Assembly (NCBI GenBank): GCA_051006215.1
Contig: JBPCIO010000364.1
Coordinates: 1 to 51,043 of the forward strand
DNA length: 51,043 nt
Source: Chloroflexota bacterium
GTDB lineage: Bacteria > Chloroflexota > UBA6077 > CF-72
Reading direction: 5' to 3'
Numbering within the stretch: the first letter of the stretch is position 1; each line of letters starts with the position of its first letter. Under the pieces are notes generated by a model. It was given only the letters and a program-made list of their open reading frames with translations, was not told where the DNA came from and searched no databases. Made by a program: the position numbers and the translations under genes. Shown in pieces: positions 18,908-28,398 of the stretch.

Positions 18908-20556
18908 GCCGCCTCGGCGGCCGGAACCTCGATCTTCTTGAACAGCGGCTTGGGCGGCGGGAGTTTTCGGCCGTCGGGCAGCGGCTCGAAGTGCCAGCCA
19001 TGTGTTTCCAGCGTGCCGCTATAGCCAAGCAGGCAGTGCAAGGTTGCCGACGTGTGCGGCAAAAACGGTGCGAGCAGGATCTTGGCCGCATTGATGAGAT
19101 CGAGCAGCGAGCCCATGCTGTGGTCGGCCGCGGCGCGGTCCTGTTTGACCTGCCGCCAGGGCGCTTGCCGATCGAACCATTCGTTTCCGAAGCGCACCAG
19201 CAGGAATGCTTCGCGCAACGCTATCCGCAGGTGCACATGGTCGAGTTGCTCTTCGACGCTTGCGCGCGCGCTCGCAATCCGTTGGGCGACCTCTGGATCG
19301 GTCACGTGCTGAGGCACGGCTCCGTCAAATGATCGCTGCAGGAACGACAGCGTGCGATGCACGAGGTTGCCCCAGGTGGCGACCAACTCGTCGTTGTTAC
19401 GTCGGATGAAATCGTCCTGCGTATATTCGGTGTCGGCAGTTTCGGGCGCGTTGGCGATCAGGTAGTAACGAATGGCATCTGGATCGTAAAGGGCCAGCAA
19501 CTGGGGCACGGTGGCGCCTACCCCAGCGCTCTTGGACGCCTTCTGGCCACCCATGTTCATGTACTCGTTGGCCGGCACGTCGTACGGCAAAATGACATCG
19601 CCCCGGGCGAGCAGGATGGCTGGCCAGATGACGGTGTGGAACGGAATGTTGTCCTTGCCAATGAAGTAGTACTGTCGGCAGCTCGGATCCTTCCACCACC
19701 GTTCCCAGGCCAGAGGCTCGCCTCTGGCGCTCGCCCACTCGATCGCCGCCGTAAGGTAACCGCTGACCGCCTCGAACCAGACATAGATGCGTTTGTCGTG
19801 CCAGCCCGGACCCACCTGCGACGGCAGCGGCACACCCCACGTCAAATCGCGGGTTATGGCCCGCGGCTGGAGCCCACCCTCGAGAAAATTGATGGTGAAT
19901 CGATACACGTTCGGTCGCCAGTGGTGCATTGGCGTAGCCCACTCGAGGAGTGGCTTTCCCAGCTTGGGAAGATCGAGATAAAAATGCTCGGTCTGGCGCC
20001 GTTCCAGCGCGGCGCTCGGATTGAGCCGCGAGCGCGGCGAAAGAAGATCTTCGGGCTCGAGCAAGCGCCCGCAATTTTCACACTGGTTGCCGCGTGCTCG
20101 GGCGTAGTGACAGTGCGGGCACTCGCCTTCGATGTACGTGTCCGGCAGGAAGCGCTCGGCCACGGTATCGAAGAAGCCCGTCGAGCGATCCTTGTAGAGA
20201 TAGCCCTTGTCGAGCAGCATCATGAACTCGTCCTGCACGACGTCGCGGTGGTTGTCGGTAGTGGTCGTCGTATAAAGGTCGTAGCTGATGCCCAGATCGC
20301 GCCAGTACGTAAGGAACTCGTCGTGATAGCGAGCCGCGACCTCGGCCGGAGTGATACCTTCCTGGTCGGCGCGGACGGTGACGGGAGTGCCGTGCGCGTC
20401 TGTGCCCGAGATCATCAGCACGTCGTGGCCGCGCAACCGTTGGTACCGCGCGAAGACGTCGGCGGGCACGTATACCCCCGCCAGATGGCCCACGTGCAGC
20501 GAGCCATTGGCATACGGCCACGCGGTGCAGACTAGAACCGGTTGGCGTTCGGCCAT
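18904..20556 (-). CDS. metG: Methionine--tRNA ligase (short form)
   Basis: AWPYANGSLHVGH (HIGH), CPHC/CENC knuckle, GKDN and KASKS. Confidence 0.96.
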   Translation of the reverse strand: MAERQPVLVCTAWPYANGSLHVGHLAGVYVPADVFARYQRLRGHDVLMISGTDAHGTPVTVRADQEGITPAEVAARYHDEFLTYWRDLGISYDLYTTTTTDNHRDVVQDEFMMLLDKGYLYKDRSTGFFDTVAERFLPDTYIEGECPHCHYARARGNQCENCGRLLEPEDLLSPRSRLNPSAALERRQTEHFYLDLPKLGKPLLEWATPMHHWRPNVYRFTINFLEGGLQPRAITRDLTWGVPLPSQVGPGWHDKRIYVWFEAVSGYLTAAIEWASARGEPLAWERWWKDPSCRQYYFIGKDNIPFHTVIWPAILLARGDVILPYDVPANEYMNMGGQKASKSAGVGATVPQLLALYDPDAIRYYLIANAPETADTEYTQDDFIRRNNDELVATWGNLVHRTLSFLQRSFDGAVPQHVTDPEVAQRIASARASVEEQLDHVHLRIALREAFLLVRFGNEWFDRQAPWRQVKQDRAAADHSMGSLLDLINAAKILLAPFLPHTSATLHCLLGYSGTLETHGWHFEPLPDGRKLPPPKPLFKKIEVPAAEAA

Positions 20557-20571
20557 GGGTACGCCTGGATT

Positions 20572-21366
20572 TTAACCGACGACGTACGTCTGACCTTCGC
20601 GCGCGAGCTCGACCGGGCCGCCAAACGAACGACTGGCGCTAGCCAGATGGTGCGCGTCAGACTGTTCGTCTGAGCGAAAGTGCGTGATCAACAGCTTGCG
20701 GGCGCCGGCTTCTCGGGCTGCCTGACCGGCTTCGATTGCGCTCATATGCCCGCGCCGGCCTGGCTCAGCCGTGTCCTGCGAGGCATCCAGAAGGGCCGAT
20801 TCACACAGGAACACATCCGCGTCGCGGGCGGCCTCGATCAACTCGGGACAGGGACCGACGTCAGACGAGAAGACCAGCGTTGCGCCGTCTTGTGCGCGTA
20901 CGCGCATAGCGTGAGATGGCACGTAGTGCTGGACCGGGTGGAACGTGAACTCTAGACCGCCGATGACCGTTTTGCTCAGTGCGGCGTAGTCGCAAATGTC
21001 GAGGACATCCTCGAGCATGGCCGGCTGGTCGGCGATGTGCTGGCCCAGGCGGCTCAAGAACTCTCGGCCACCAGGCGGAACGTACACGGGCAAGCGCGGC
21101 TCGAGATCCACTGGCCTTGGCTCGCCGAACTTGAGCACGTAATACAGCGGCACCAGGTCGAAGTAGTGGTCTGGATGCAGGTGCGAGATGGCTACGCCTC
21201 GCAGTCGGTTCGTCGGGACGTGCTGGGCGACGCGACCGGCCACGCCTGAACCGCAATCCATCAGTACGGCGCTGTCGCCGTGGCGGAGAAGATAGCCGGA
21301 GCACACGCCACCCGGATTGGGTGCCGCGGGGCCTGCACCCAGAATGGTTAAGGTCAGGGGCACCAT
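20572..21366 (-). CDS. MBL-fold metallo-hydrolase (RNase Z/YhfI-like)
   Basis: ILG, DCGSG, SHLHPDH, GH and LITH motifs. Confidence 0.85.
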   Translation of the reverse strand: MVPLTLTILGAGPAAPNPGGVCSGYLLRHGDSAVLMDCGSGVAGRVAQHVPTNRLRGVAISHLHPDHYFDLVPLYYVLKFGEPRPVDLEPRLPVYVPPGGREFLSRLGQHIADQPAMLEDVLDICDYAALSKTVIGGLEFTFHPVQHYVPSHAMRVRAQDGATLVFSSDVGPCPELIEAARDADVFLCESALLDASQDTAEPGRRGHMSAIEAGQAAREAGARKLLITHFRSDEQSDAHHLASASRSFGGPVELAREGQTYVVG

Positions 21367-21400
21367 GCGGGGTGTCTTATCCTAACGTACGAGGCGACGC

Positions 21401-22735
21401 GTGCAGTATCAGGCCTGGTTCCGCTGCGTTAGCGGCGAGCACGGGCAGTGGTCGCTGGAAGATGTGCTGTATCGCTGCCCTACCTGCGACGGGCTGCTCG
21501 AAGTGGCGCACGATATGGACGCGCTCCGGGCGCGCAGTCCGTCGGCCTGGATGAAGCTGTTCGACGATCGCTACAAGCGGACAACCTGGCCCTACGGGAG
21601 CGGGGTGTGGGGCAAGAAGGAGTGGGTCGCGCCACAGCTCGACGACGACAACGTCGTCAGCCTGGACGAGGGCGGCACGAACCTGTTCTGGGCCAATCGC
21701 TACGGCAAAGCCGTCGGCGTCGAAGACCTGTGGATCAAGCTGTGTGGCAACAGCCACACCGGTAGCTTCAAAGATCTGGGCATGACGGTGCTGGTCAGCG
21801 TCGTCAAGCAGATGATCGCCCACGGCAAACCAATCCAGGCGGTAGCCTGCGCCTCGACCGGCGACACGTCGGCGAGCCTGGCCGCATATTGCGCAGTGGC
21901 AGGCATTCGCTCCGTCGTGCTCCTGCCGCGGGGTGGTGTCTCGACCGCGCAGCTCGTGCAGCCATTGGCGAACGGGTCGCTCGTACTGGCGCTCGACACC
22001 GATTTCGACGGCTGCATGACGATCGTCCAAAAACTGGCGCTCGAGCCCGGCATCTACCTGGCGAATTCGATGAACTCGCTGCGACTCGAAGGACAGAAGA
22101 CGATCGCCATGGAGATGGTGCAGCAATTCGACTGGGAAGTGCCGGACTGGGTCGTCATTCCCGGCGGCAACCTGGGCAATGTGAGCGCGCTCGGGGCCGG
22201 TTTTCTCATGCTCTACGAGCTGGGCCTGATCCGTAGATTGCCGCGCATTGCGGTCGCTCAGGCTGAACACGCCAACCCGCTGTACTTGTCATACACGCGC
22301 GGCTTCGACCAGCTCGAGCCAATCTTTGCTCGGCCAACCCTGGCGACAGCCATCCGGATCGGCAACCCGGTCAGCTATGCCCGGGCGGTCCGCACGCTGC
22401 AGCGCTTCGAAGGTGTGGTCGAGCAGGCGTCTGAAGCGGAGCTCGCCGAAGCTGCGGCTCGGGCCGACCTGACCGGCATGTTCAACGATCCCCACACGGG
22501 AGTCGCGCTGGCAGTTCTGGAAAAACTTGCCCGCGCCGGCACGATCCAGCCCTGCCAGCGGACCGTCGTTCTCTCGACGGCCAACGGCTTGAAGTTCACG
22601 GACTTCAAAGTCAACTACCACGAGCGTGCCCTGGGCGGCCTTGGCATCGCCTCCCAGCACGCGAATAACCCAGTCGAGCTCCCTGCCGAGCTCGACGCCG
22701 TCAAGCGCGCAGTGTTCAGCAGAGTGCGCGGGTAA
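21401..22735 (+). CDS. thrC: Threonine synthase (plant-like subtype)
   Basis: [15 protein letters not shown] lysine, [22 protein letters not shown] and PGGNLGN motifs. Confidence 0.93.
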   Translation: MQYQAWFRCVSGEHGQWSLEDVLYRCPTCDGLLEVAHDMDALRARSPSAWMKLFDDRYKRTTWPYGSGVWGKKEWVAPQLDDDNVVSLDEGGTNLFWANRYGKAVGVEDLWIKLCGNSHTGSFKDLGMTVLVSVVKQMIAHGKPIQAVACASTGDTSASLAAYCAVAGIRSVVLLPRGGVSTAQLVQPLANGSLVLALDTDFDGCMTIVQKLALEPGIYLANSMNSLRLEGQKTIAMEMVQQFDWEVPDWVVIPGGNLGNVSALGAGFLMLYELGLIRRLPRIAVAQAEHANPLYLSYTRGFDQLEPIFARPTLATAIRIGNPVSYARAVRTLQRFEGVVEQASEAELAEAAARADLTGMFNDPHTGVALAVLEKLARAGTIQPCQRTVVLSTANGLKFTDFKVNYHERALGGLGIASQHANNPVELPAELDAVKRAVFSRVRG

Positions 22736-22741
22736 GGTTAA

Positions 22742-23023
22742 CTACGCTGGCGCTGCAAAGGGCCAGCTGACGGCGTTCGCGGGCACCTGATCGCGGAAGT
22801 GGTGCTCCACGCCGAGCACGTGCGCACAAATCCCCTCGCCGCGCGAGGCGAATCCGTCGCAGTCGCACTGTAGTCGGCCTTCCAGGAGCATCACCAGGTG
22901 CTCGCCGTTGGCGCCGTGAACGTGTACGCGGAGCGGCTCCTGACTCGTGCGTTCGAAGCGCTCGGGCTCCGCCTGGTAGCGGTGCGCTTTGGCGATCAAG
23001 CTGTGCAAGTGCGATTGCAGCAT
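22742..23023 (-). CDS. Small SWIM-type zinc-finger protein
   Basis: CDC-x10-CAH motif. AGGAGG and TAGACT lie upstream. Confidence 0.7.
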   Translation of the reverse strand: MLQSHLHSLIAKAHRYQAEPERFERTSQEPLRVHVHGANGEHLVMLLEGRLQCDCDGFASRGEGICAHVLGVEHHFRDQVPANAVSWPFAAPA

Positions 23024-23205
23024 GGCGCTCGTCGGGCCTCCTGAAGAGCTTGCCTGTACTAAGTCTACTCCTCAGCGTCTCGACTTCCGCCACCCGGACA
23101 CGCATCCCAGCAGTAGCTTTCCAAAGCTGGCCCATGCACGTCGCACCGTAGCTGGCCTATCGGGACTCGCCCCACCGGCTCTAAACTGGCGCGGGGAGGG
23201 AAATC

Positions 23206-24633
23206 ATGCCCACCGTCACTCGTCGCCGGTTCGTTGTTGGGCTATGTTCGGCAGCAGCAATGCCCGTGCTCCAGGCCTGCCGCCAGGCGAGCCCTTCGGC
23301 GCCGCAGCCAGCGAGCGCGACGACTGCCCAGGCGACGGCCGCTTCGGGTACAACCGCCGCGAGCTCGACCGCTCCTGGAACAACCGCGGCGCCTGTCGTG
23401 AGCAACGGCGTCGAGCTTCAGGTAACGACGCGGGGCGCTAACGACGGCGACATCATGGAGAACAGTGTCACGACGTTCCTGGCCCAGACCGGCATCAAGT
23501 TCAAGCATGTCTCGTACGGACCTGAGCCTGACTACTGGTCCAAGGTTCAGGCCCTGCATGCCACGGGACAAGTCGCGGACGTCCTCTGGGCCAGCACTGG
23601 CAATCTGCACAATTTCGCCAACCGCGGCATCCTGGCCGAGCTAGACCCACTCATCGCAGCCGACAAGTACGACATGAGCGACTACGTTCCTGCCGGATTG
23701 CAGTCGATGTCCTTGAACGGAAAGTTGTACGGCATGCCCTGGGGTGGACATCCCGGCAATGGAGGACTGCTGTACAACGCCGACCTGTTGAACGCCGCCG
23801 GCTTCAACGTCACCGAGGACCCGGACAGCTTGCAGAACTGGACGTACGACACCCTGCGAGATGCGGCCACCAAGACGACCAAGACGAAGGATGGCCGAGC
23901 CGATGTCTTCGGTTATAGCCCCGGCACCGACTTCCTCAGCCTGAACAATGTTCTGGGCGCCTACGGCGCGCGGTTCATGACCCCCGACGGCAAGGGCCTC
24001 GCTATGGATACGCCGGAATTCCTGGCGGCTATGAGCTGGGTGCGTGACATCTTCTTGAGCAAAGCCTCCCCGGCGCCTGGTCCAGACACAACCGCTACTG
24101 CGAACACCAACAACGAGTTGTTCGCCAGCAGCAAGCTTGCCATGGTGCAGGGCCAGTACGCCGCTATGTTCACTCCCGGCGACAAGGTCATTCAGGGTAA
24201 GTTCAAATGGAGCGTCGGGCTACAGCCAAAGGGCCCCGCTGGCAAACGCGGGACGTCGCTGACCATCAACGGCATGACGATCGCCGCCAGTTCGAAGCAC
24301 AAACCCGAAGCCTGGCAGTTTGTCAAATGGCTCATGGAGCCCGAAAATCAGGTGCCGATCGTCCTGAGCGGCGGGAGCCGCCCCGCCGTCCGCACCAAGG
24401 TGCTCGACGACCCGCGCCTGATGACCCAACTGAAGGCGCACAAGGTATTTGTGAAGGCGATCCTCGAGGCCGAGCCTTGGCAAATGCCGGCCAACTTTCG
24501 CTGGCCCGAGTTCAACTCGATAGTCATCCAGGTCTTCGCCGGCGTCTGGGCAGGTACCGACACCCTCGACCAGGCATTGCCTGAGGCCAAGAAGAAATTG
24601 CAGGACGTCATTGACAAGCCATCAATTGACTGA
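23206..24633 (+). CDS. Carbohydrate ABC transporter substrate-binding lipoprotein (Tat-type signal)
   Basis: TRRRF...LQAC signal and SBP_bac_1-like NGKLYGMP, LLYN and EAWQFVKW. GGAGG SD. Confidence 0.9.
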   Translation: MPTVTRRRFVVGLCSAAAMPVLQACRQASPSAPQPASATTAQATAASGTTAASSTAPGTTAAPVVSNGVELQVTTRGANDGDIMENSVTTFLAQTGIKFKHVSYGPEPDYWSKVQALHATGQVADVLWASTGNLHNFANRGILAELDPLIAADKYDMSDYVPAGLQSMSLNGKLYGMPWGGHPGNGGLLYNADLLNAAGFNVTEDPDSLQNWTYDTLRDAATKTTKTKDGRADVFGYSPGTDFLSLNNVLGAYGARFMTPDGKGLAMDTPEFLAAMSWVRDIFLSKASPAPGPDTTATANTNNELFASSKLAMVQGQYAAMFTPGDKVIQGKFKWSVGLQPKGPAGKRGTSLTINGMTIAASSKHKPEAWQFVKWLMEPENQVPIVLSGGSRPAVRTKVLDDPRLMTQLKAHKVFVKAILEAEPWQMPANFRWPEFNSIVIQVFAGVWAGTDTLDQALPEAKKKLQDVIDKPSID

Positions 24634-25573
24634 CCGCTGGCGTTCAACTCCAGCGCTCAAGCGGCGCCGCTTGAGCTTGCGCGCACGGGAAGAGATTGCC
24701 GGATGGCTGTGGACCTCGCCCTGGCTGGTGGGATTTTTCCTGTTTGTGTTTGCCCCAATGGTGGCGTCGCTTTATCTCAGCTTCACCAAGTACGCCATCG
24801 GGGGTACGCCGAGTTTCGTCGGCCTGGACAACTTTGCGCGCGCCCTGTCCGGCAAAGACGATCTGTTCTGGCCCTCCATGGGCAGGACGGTCGAGTATGC
24901 GTTGGTGATGGTTCCGATCGGTATCGGTCTGTCCCTGCTGGCGGCCACACTCCTCAATCAGGGCCTGAAGGGTACCGCCGTGTACCGCACGGTATTTTTC
25001 CTGCCGTCCCTGACACCGGTGGTTGCCGCGGCCGTCATCTGGCGCTGGCTGTATCAGCCTGACTTCGGCGCCATCAACTGGCTTCTCTGGCAGGTCGGCG
25101 TTGACGAGGGACCGCGCTGGCTCACCACGCCCGCTCTGGCCTTGCCGTCGCTCATCCTGATCGGCCTGTGGACGAGTGTTGGCGGCGGGGCGATGGTCAT
25201 TTTTCTGGCAGGCCTTCAGAGCGTGCCGCGGGAGTTGCATGATGCCGCGGCTATAGATGGCGCCGGTGCCTGGCAGCGCTTTCGCAACGTGACCCTACCA
25301 CTCATCACGCCGACCATCTTCTTCAATCTGGTGATCGGCATCATCGCCGCGCTCAAAGTGTTTGCTGTGGCTGTACTGGCGACGCAGGGCGGCCCGAACT
25401 ACGCCACCTGGTTCTTCAATCTGCACCTGTACAACACCGCTTTCCAGTTCTTCGAGATGGGCTATGCGTCCGCGCTCGCATGGATCTTCTTCCTTCTGGT
25501 CGTGTCTCTAACGTACCTGAATGTGCGCTGGTCCCGGAGCTGGGTGCACTACGAGGGGGAGGAGCGCGCATGA
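24626..25573 (+). CDS. Carbohydrate ABC transporter permease
   Basis: EAA loop LHDAAAIDGAGAWQRF. Likely TTG start overlapping the SBP stop. Confidence 0.92.
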   Translation: MTDRWRSTPALKRRRLSLRAREEIAGWLWTSPWLVGFFLFVFAPMVASLYLSFTKYAIGGTPSFVGLDNFARALSGKDDLFWPSMGRTVEYALVMVPIGIGLSLLAATLLNQGLKGTAVYRTVFFLPSLTPVVAAAVIWRWLYQPDFGAINWLLWQVGVDEGPRWLTTPALALPSLILIGLWTSVGGGAMVIFLAGLQSVPRELHDAAAIDGAGAWQRFRNVTLPLITPTIFFNLVIGIIAALKVFAVAVLATQGGPNYATWFFNLHLYNTAFQFFEMGYASALAWIFFLLVVSLTYLNVRWSRSWVHYEGEERA

Positions 25574-26502
25574 GCGCCGCTCAGTCGCTGCCCAGGGTTG
25601 CGCCACTTCGCTCGTCGGGGCAGGGCCGCGAACGCTGGGCCCGGTATGCGGGTCGGGGCGTGCTGTACGTGCTGGCAACTCTGGCAGCCATCGTGTTCAT
25701 GGGCCCGTTCCTGTTTGCCATCTCCGGATCCCTCAAATCAGCGGCCGAGATCCATATCTTTCCGCCTGCGCTTCTGCCCGCGCAGCCGGCATTCGAAAAC
25801 TACGCCCGCCTGTTCGATTTGCCCGGCGTGTATTTCGCGAGGTGGTACCTCAACAGCATCATCATCACCTGCGCTTCAGTGCTCGGCACTGTCGTGACGG
25901 CGTGTGCGGCGGCGTATGGCTTCTCGCGCTTTCGCTGGCGCCTGCGCGACTTCTTCTTCATGGTCTTGTTGTCGACGCTGGTGCTGCCAGAGGAAGTCGT
26001 CATTATCCCCAAGTTCCTGTTGTTCCACTACGTGCCGCTGGCGCTGTTCGGGCACACCTGGATCGACACGTGGTGGCCCCTCATCGTCCCGTCGTGGTTT
26101 GGCGGTGGAGCCTTCAGCATCTTCCTCCTGCGCCAATTCTTCCTCCAGGTACCTCGTGATCTGGACGAAGCGGCCACTATCGATGGGGCAAACAGCTGGC
26201 AGATCCTGTGGCAAATCTTGCTGCCACTCGCTCAACCCGCGCTGGCCACGGTGGCCATCTTCTCGTTCCTCACGCATTGGAACGACTTCTTCCATCCGCT
26301 GATCTATCTGAGCACGGTCGAGAGCTTCCCGCTGTCGGTCGGACTGCGCTGGTTTCAGCAGTCCGCCACCGATCCATCGCAGCCGCGTGAGCACCTGCTC
26401 ATGGCTGCATCGATATTGATGGTTATGCCGTGCGTGCTGATCTTTTTCACCATGCAGCGGTATTTTGTGCGCGGCATCGTGATGAGCGGCATTAAGGGCT
26501 GA
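25570..26502 (+). CDS. Carbohydrate ABC transporter permease
   Basis: LDEAATIDGA loop and GIKG end. ATGA overlap with a GGAGG SD. Confidence 0.92.
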   Translation: MSAAQSLPRVAPLRSSGQGRERWARYAGRGVLYVLATLAAIVFMGPFLFAISGSLKSAAEIHIFPPALLPAQPAFENYARLFDLPGVYFARWYLNSIIITCASVLGTVVTACAAAYGFSRFRWRLRDFFFMVLLSTLVLPEEVVIIPKFLLFHYVPLALFGHTWIDTWWPLIVPSWFGGGAFSIFLLRQFFLQVPRDLDEAATIDGANSWQILWQILLPLAQPALATVAIFSFLTHWNDFFHPLIYLSTVESFPLSVGLRWFQQSATDPSQPREHLLMAASILMVMPCVLIFFTMQRYFVRGIVMSGIKG

Positions 26503-26514
26503 GCGCGGTGGTCT

Positions 26515-26523
26515 TGCTATACT
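26515..26523 (+). promoter_or_regulatory. Extended -10 promoter (TGcTATACT) for the thiamine operon
   Basis: TGnTATACT just upstream of the riboswitch. Confidence 0.6.
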
Positions 26524-26541
26524 GCGGAACCTACCTAACGT

Positions 26542-26636
26542 GAACGCTGGGGGTGCCTTCGGGCTGAGAACGAGGCGGACTGAGTCCTCGTACCCCAGGA
26601 ACCTGATCTGGGTCATACCAGCGGAGGGAAGCGTTC
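26542..26636 (+). ncRNA. TPP riboswitch (THI box)
   Basis: GGGGTGC...GCTGAGA...ACCC..GAACCTGATCTGGGTCATACCAGCGGAGGGAA. P1 pairs GAACGCT with AGCGTTC. It precedes thi genes. Confidence 0.96.
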
Positions 26637-26637
26637 T

Positions 26638-27339
26638 TTGCCATCGTCCAGGTTTCAACTTCATCTCGTCACGGAGCCCCGTCGCAGCCCCGGCGAGCTG
26701 CTCCATGCGGTAGCCCTGGCGCTTGACGGCGGGGCCGACTGGGTCCAGTTGCGCGACAAATCCGCTTCGGCCGCGTCTCTATACGACCAGGCAACTGGGT
26801 TATTGCGCGTAGCCCAGCAGCACGCCGCGCGGCTCGCGGTCAACGACCGTCTGGACGTCGCGCTTGCGATCGGCGCTGACGGCGTGCACCTGGCCGGGCA
26901 GAGTTTGCCAGTCGCGGAAGCCGTCCACCTCGGCGGCGGGCAGATCCTGGTGGGCCGATCAGTACACGGGCTGGCCGAAGCTCGCGAAGCGGCGGCGGCT
27001 GGCGTCGACTATCTCACGTTCGGGCACGTGTTTCCGACTACGTCGCACCCTGGCCTGCCACCGCATGGCCTGGCGCAACTAGCCGCCATCGTCAAAGCAG
27101 TCGAGGCGCCCGTACTGGCGATAGGCGGGATCACGGTTGCCAACGTAGACGACGTCTTGCGAACCGGCTGCGCGGGCATCGCCGTGATATCGGCGATTCT
27201 TTCAGACCCGGACCCTGGCCGAGCCGCTGGACGATTGCGTTTGGCGCTCGACGCGTCGAATCATCACCCCCGCTACCCCTTTCCAATCCTCGAACGGAAG
27301 GAAGCGCATGCAGCTAATCGTCAACCAACAGTCGTGTGA
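26638..27339 (+). CDS. thiE: Thiamine-phosphate synthase
   Basis: VQLRDK, VNDRLD, DGVHL, GRSVH and AIGGI motifs. Confidence 0.9.
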   Translation: MPSSRFQLHLVTEPRRSPGELLHAVALALDGGADWVQLRDKSASAASLYDQATGLLRVAQQHAARLAVNDRLDVALAIGADGVHLAGQSLPVAEAVHLGGGQILVGRSVHGLAEAREAAAAGVDYLTFGHVFPTTSHPGLPPHGLAQLAAIVKAVEAPVLAIGGITVANVDDVLRTGCAGIAVISAILSDPDPGRAAGRLRLALDASNHHPRYPFPILERKEAHAANRQPTVV

Positions 27340-28309
27340 GTTTGCCACCGAAGGCATGGATGTACCGGCTCTGCTGGCGAGCAAAGGCGTGGGGGAGGAC
27401 GCCGTGGCTGTCGCGGTCAACGGCGAGGTCGTGCCACGGCGTCGCTGGCCATCACTGACACTGGCGGATGGAGATCGCGTGGACTTGGTCAAAGTTGTAG
27501 CTGGCGGGGCCTGGCATGACGACGATGCTCTCGTCATCGCTGGAACGTCGTTCACTTCGCGGTTGCTGATGGGCACGGGTCGGTTCGTCTCACCTAGCGT
27601 GCTGAAAGCAGCGCTCGAAGCTTCGCAGACCGAACTCGTGACCGTGGCGATTCGGATGACGGGCGTCGACGGCAGCGGGCCTGACGCGGGCATTCTGTCG
27701 GCGCTGGATCGCCAGCGGTATCACCTGTTGCCGAATACCGCTGGCGCCACCAATGTGCGGCAAGCCGTGTTCATGGCCGAGCTAGCCCGCGAAGCGCTTG
27801 GCACCAGCTGGGTCAAGCTCGAGGTGATTGGCGACGAGCGCACGCTGTGGCCGGACGTGGCCGGGACCGTCGAAGCTACGCGCATCCTCGTGCGGGAGGG
27901 CTTCGTCGTCCTGCCATACACCACCACCGACCTGGTTGCCGCGCTGCGCCTGGAAGATGCCGGCGCCGCAACGGTGATGCCGCTGGGGTCGATGATCGGC
28001 TCCGGCCAGGGCGTCCAGGACTGGGAGGGCGTCCGGCGGATCGTCGAACGCGTCGACGTCCCGGTCGTGGTCGACGCCGGGATCGGCGCGCCCTCGGACG
28101 CCGTTCGCGCCATGGAGGCAGGCGCGGCGGCGTGTCTGATCAACACGGCCGTGTCGCGTTCCGACGACCCGCCGCTGATGGCGGCCGCTATGCGGCAGGC
28201 GGTCATTGCTGGGCGGCTTGGGTACCGTGCCGGGCGCATGCCGCGCATCGACCACGCGGTCCCGTCCAGCCCGACCACGGGACTCGTGGGCGCCGGCCTG
28301 TCCGCATGA
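27308..28309 (+). CDS. thiG: ThiS-ThiG fusion (sulfur carrier plus thiazole synthase)
   Basis: The N-terminal ThiS (AVAVNGEVVPR...VKVVAGG) is in frame with ThiG (SRLLMGTG, LPNTAG, WVKLEVI, DAGIG). Confidence 0.93.
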   Translation: MQLIVNQQSCEFATEGMDVPALLASKGVGEDAVAVAVNGEVVPRRRWPSLTLADGDRVDLVKVVAGGAWHDDDALVIAGTSFTSRLLMGTGRFVSPSVLKAALEASQTELVTVAIRMTGVDGSGPDAGILSALDRQRYHLLPNTAGATNVRQAVFMAELAREALGTSWVKLEVIGDERTLWPDVAGTVEATRILVREGFVVLPYTTTDLVAALRLEDAGAATVMPLGSMIGSGQGVQDWEGVRRIVERVDVPVVVDAGIGAPSDAVRAMEAGAAACLINTAVSRSDDPPLMAAAMRQAVIAGRLGYRAGRMPRIDHAVPSSPTTGLVGAGLSA

Positions 28310-28398
28310 GTCCTCGCGTGGTCGGCTGGGGTGACGCGATGCCCATGCGCTGGTGCCCGGTGGTGAAGGTGGTCGGTCCCGGCGCCGGGGGCGCGTGA
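28306..28398 (+). CDS. Putative 30-aa bridging mini-ORF between thiG and thiO
   Basis: ATGA overlap with the thiG stop and GTGA overlap with the thiO start. Confidence 0.45.
   Translation: MSPRVVGWGDAMPMRWCPVVKVVGPGAGGA

Noticed and set aside
19357-22270. Long antisense or alternate-frame ORFs (e.g. 19357-20535 +, 21377-22270 -, also 2558-3487 +, 32223-33257 -)
   Set aside because: They are shadows of well-supported genes on the opposite strand. Long stop-free frames are expected in high-GC coding DNA, and they carry no motifs.
23206-26502. ABC transporter without an ATPase gene
   Set aside because: This is common for CUT1 sugar systems, which share an MsmX/MsiK-type ATPase encoded elsewhere.
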